DNA of 64,000 bases from an uncultured Methanosarcinales archaeon. GTDB taxonomy: Archaea > Nanobdellota > Nanobdellia > Woesearchaeales > CAZOXR01. This document shows, piece by piece, positions 62,044 through 64,000 of this stretch. Made by a program: the position numbers and the translations under genes. The number at the start of each line of letters is the position of its first letter. The stretch's first letter is position 1. Under the pieces are notes generated by a model. The model was not told the DNA's origin. It did no database searches and saw only the letters and a list, made by a program, of their open reading frames with translations. Location of the stretch: positions 89,153 to 153,152 of the forward strand of contig CAZMIO010000003.1 of the NCBI GenBank assembly GCA_964566535.1, written 5' to 3'.

Positions 62044-63291
62044 CTACAAACCCCAAGGCTTCAAAACCCTTCTCAAAGTTTCCTTACCTTGCATATAAGC
62101 TAAGAAAACCCCATAATTAGTAATTGGAACTCCAACCGACTCCAAATCACGAAGCCGAGCAGCAAGCTTCTGACTATCTATCATACACCCACCACAATGA
62201 ATTATTAATTTATATTTAGAAATATCTTTCTTATCTCTAAACTCCCTCCCAAATGCATACTCCACTTCCACCCCAGAATATTTCTTCTTAATAAAGTTAG
62301 GTATCTGCACCGTTCCAATATCTTCAGCAATCCTAGAATGGTTGCAAGCCTCCGTAATCAATATCTTATCTCCCTCACATAAATCATCCATCGCCTTGAT
62401 TCCATCAGCAAACAACGTAAGCTTCCCCTTACTCATAAAGTTAATCATCATAATAGAAAAAGTAGTAACATCATACTCGGGAGGCGTCCAAGGATCAATA
62501 ATATCAATTGCTTGTGAATCAGTAACTATACACTTAATCTTCTTCTCCTTCAAACCATCAAGAACCTTAAGATACCTCTCTTTCTCTAAAACATCTCCTG
62601 CACGAGCCTTACCCAAATCCATCCTAAATGAAACAGGATAAGCAAAGTTCCGAGTAATATACTCCTCAGCCATCAATTGAGGTCTCAAGTATCTCCCAGG
62701 CGGAGTCTCTGCATCCATAGGAATATTCAACAAATAGTATTCATCCCTCACAACAAAAGGAAGTAATTCCAATTTCTTATTCTTAGATGTAAAATTCTCA
62801 AGAATAAAATTCAATAACCGAGCTCTATCATTTTCATCAACAGCTTTTAATTTTATTTTTTTTATAAAGTTATTTTCAATGATATTTTTTCCAATGGAAT
62901 TTAAGTCAATTTCATTATCATTAAAAATATTATAAACAATAAATATTTGCTTATCATATTCTCTAGCCTGAGAAATAATTCCATTCTCAACCCCAAAATC
63001 AGAATCACTAGGATTTACCACCAAAAGCACTAAATCACACTCTTTAAGGTCATTCTCAGCCTTCTTCCTTTTCTTCTCACCTAATTCTCCACTTTCATCC
63101 ATCCCAGCAGTATCAAATAACTTTACAGGACCCATTCCATGAATCTCACATAAAGTAATTTTAGTATCAGCAGTCGTCCCAGGCGTAACATCAACAATAG
63201 AACATTCCTGCTGAGTCAAAAGATTCATCAAACTACTTTTACCAGAATTAACCTTCCCAAATATCCCAATATTATCTCTTTGGATCACCAT
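62044..63291 (-). CDS. hydF: [FeFe]-hydrogenase maturation GTPase HydF
   Basis: GKVNSGKSS, GTTAD, DTAG, TDSQ, EACNH and HCGGCM FeS ligands, TNYG; start uncertain. Confidence 0.92.
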   Translation of the reverse strand: MVIQRDNIGIFGKVNSGKSSLMNLLTQQECSIVDVTPGTTADTKITLCEIHGMGPVKLFDTAGMDESGELGEKKRKKAENDLKECDLVLLVVNPSDSDFGVENGIISQAREYDKQIFIVYNIFNDNEIDLNSIGKNIIENNFIKKIKLKAVDENDRARLLNFILENFTSKNKKLELLPFVVRDEYYLLNIPMDAETPPGRYLRPQLMAEEYITRNFAYPVSFRMDLGKARAGDVLEKERYLKVLDGLKEKKIKCIVTDSQAIDIIDPWTPPEYDVTTFSIMMINFMSKGKLTLFADGIKAMDDLCEGDKILITEACNHSRIAEDIGTVQIPNFIKKKYSGVEVEYAFGREFRDKKDISKYKLIIHCGGCMIDSQKLAARLRDLESVGVPITNYGVFLAYMQGKETLRRVLKPWGL

Positions 63292-64000
63292 AACCATCCC
63301 CCATTCTCCTACCAACCGACCTCACAACTCTCGTAACACAACCAGCACAATCAATAGGATTCTCATAAATGCAAACTTTGTCAGGATACAACTGATAAAA
63401 TTCCCTATATTTCATTGGAGTAATATTCGGCATCAATAAATTAGCACCAGACTGCAATGCCTTCTCCCTACCATCGCTAGGATTCAAAGTTTGCAAAGCA
63501 GTTGTAGCAGAAATAAAAATATCCTTACATACCAATCTAGTAACAGCAATCATTTTCAAACTCATATCAAAACTCCCATCCTTCTCTCCAACTAAAGGAG
63601 TTTCAGGATGGCAAATATATGGCCCCATCCCAGCCATGTTAATTCCTAATTCTTCATAAAGCAAAATATCATCAGCTAAATCAGAAACTGTTTGACCAGG
63701 CAACCCAATCATCGGACCAGTTCCAACTTGATAACCAACCTCTTTCAACTTCTTAATCAACAAAAGCCTCTCATCAAAAGAATTCTTAGTAGCAGAACCA
63801 GCAGGATGCAAACTCTCAAACAATTCCTTATTAGAAGTCTCAAACCTTATCAAACATCTTTTAGCACCAGCAGAAAAAAACTTCTTATACTCCTCAACCG
63901 ACCTCTCACCCAAACTCAAAGCAACCCTACAATCACACTTCTCCAAAATCTTCTTAATCAACCCTTCAATCACTTCAGCAGAATAATAATCATCCTCACC
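63272..64000 (-). CDS. hydE: [FeFe]-hydrogenase maturation radical SAM protein HydE (5' partial)
   Basis: LSLGER, IRFETS, MIGLPGQ, GPYICHPETP, ATTAL, GANLLMPN, YQLYPDK, C-terminal Cys; adjacent to hydF. Confidence 0.88.
   Translation of the reverse strand, partial: GEDDYYSAEVIEGLIKKILEKCDCRVALSLGERSVEEYKKFFSAGAKRCLIRFETSNKELFESLHPAGSATKNSFDERLLLIKKLKEVGYQVGTGPMIGLPGQTVSDLADDILLYEELGINMAGMGPYICHPETPLVGEKDGSFDMSLKMIAVTRLVCKDIFISATTALQTLNPSDGREKALQSGANLLMPNITPMKYREFYQLYPDKVCIYENPIDCAGCVTRVVRSVGRRMGDGYGDPKR

Overview
Low-GC archaeal chromosomal window. The rpl30e-nusA and rpl44e/rps27e/aIF-2alpha/nop10/PAC2 genes, aIF5B, the A-type ATP synthase operon and TATA-box promoters show it is archaeal. 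The bacterial-type MEP pathway, [FeFe]-hydrogenase maturases and many single orphan genes suggest a Woesearchaeota-like DPANN lineage (inference). It encodes enolase and PGM, serine and cysteine biosynthesis, dxs/ispG/dxr, an oxidative TCA branch (citrate synthase, aconitase, IDH, 2-oxoacid:ferredoxin oxidoreductase, succinyl-CoA synthetase), a BioY ECF transporter, Thi4 and hydE/hydF. Highlights: (1) a 1123-aa ATP synthase c/K subunit built from 13 fused hairpins, with 12 predicted Na+ sites and an empty site at the ring seam; (2) two unannotated, apparently leaderless uORFs ending in runs of the cognate amino acid (...MSSSS* before the serine operon, ...CCCMCC* before the cysteine operon), each followed by an RNA hairpin, a candidate ribosome-dependent amino-acid attenuation system in an archaeon; (3) an orphan gene flanked by a synonymously diverged duplicate of the upstream gene's 3' end; (4) several micro-ORFs missed by the ORF track. 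No rRNA, tRNA, CRISPR array or transposase was recognised. All calls come from motif recognition by eye, not database searches.
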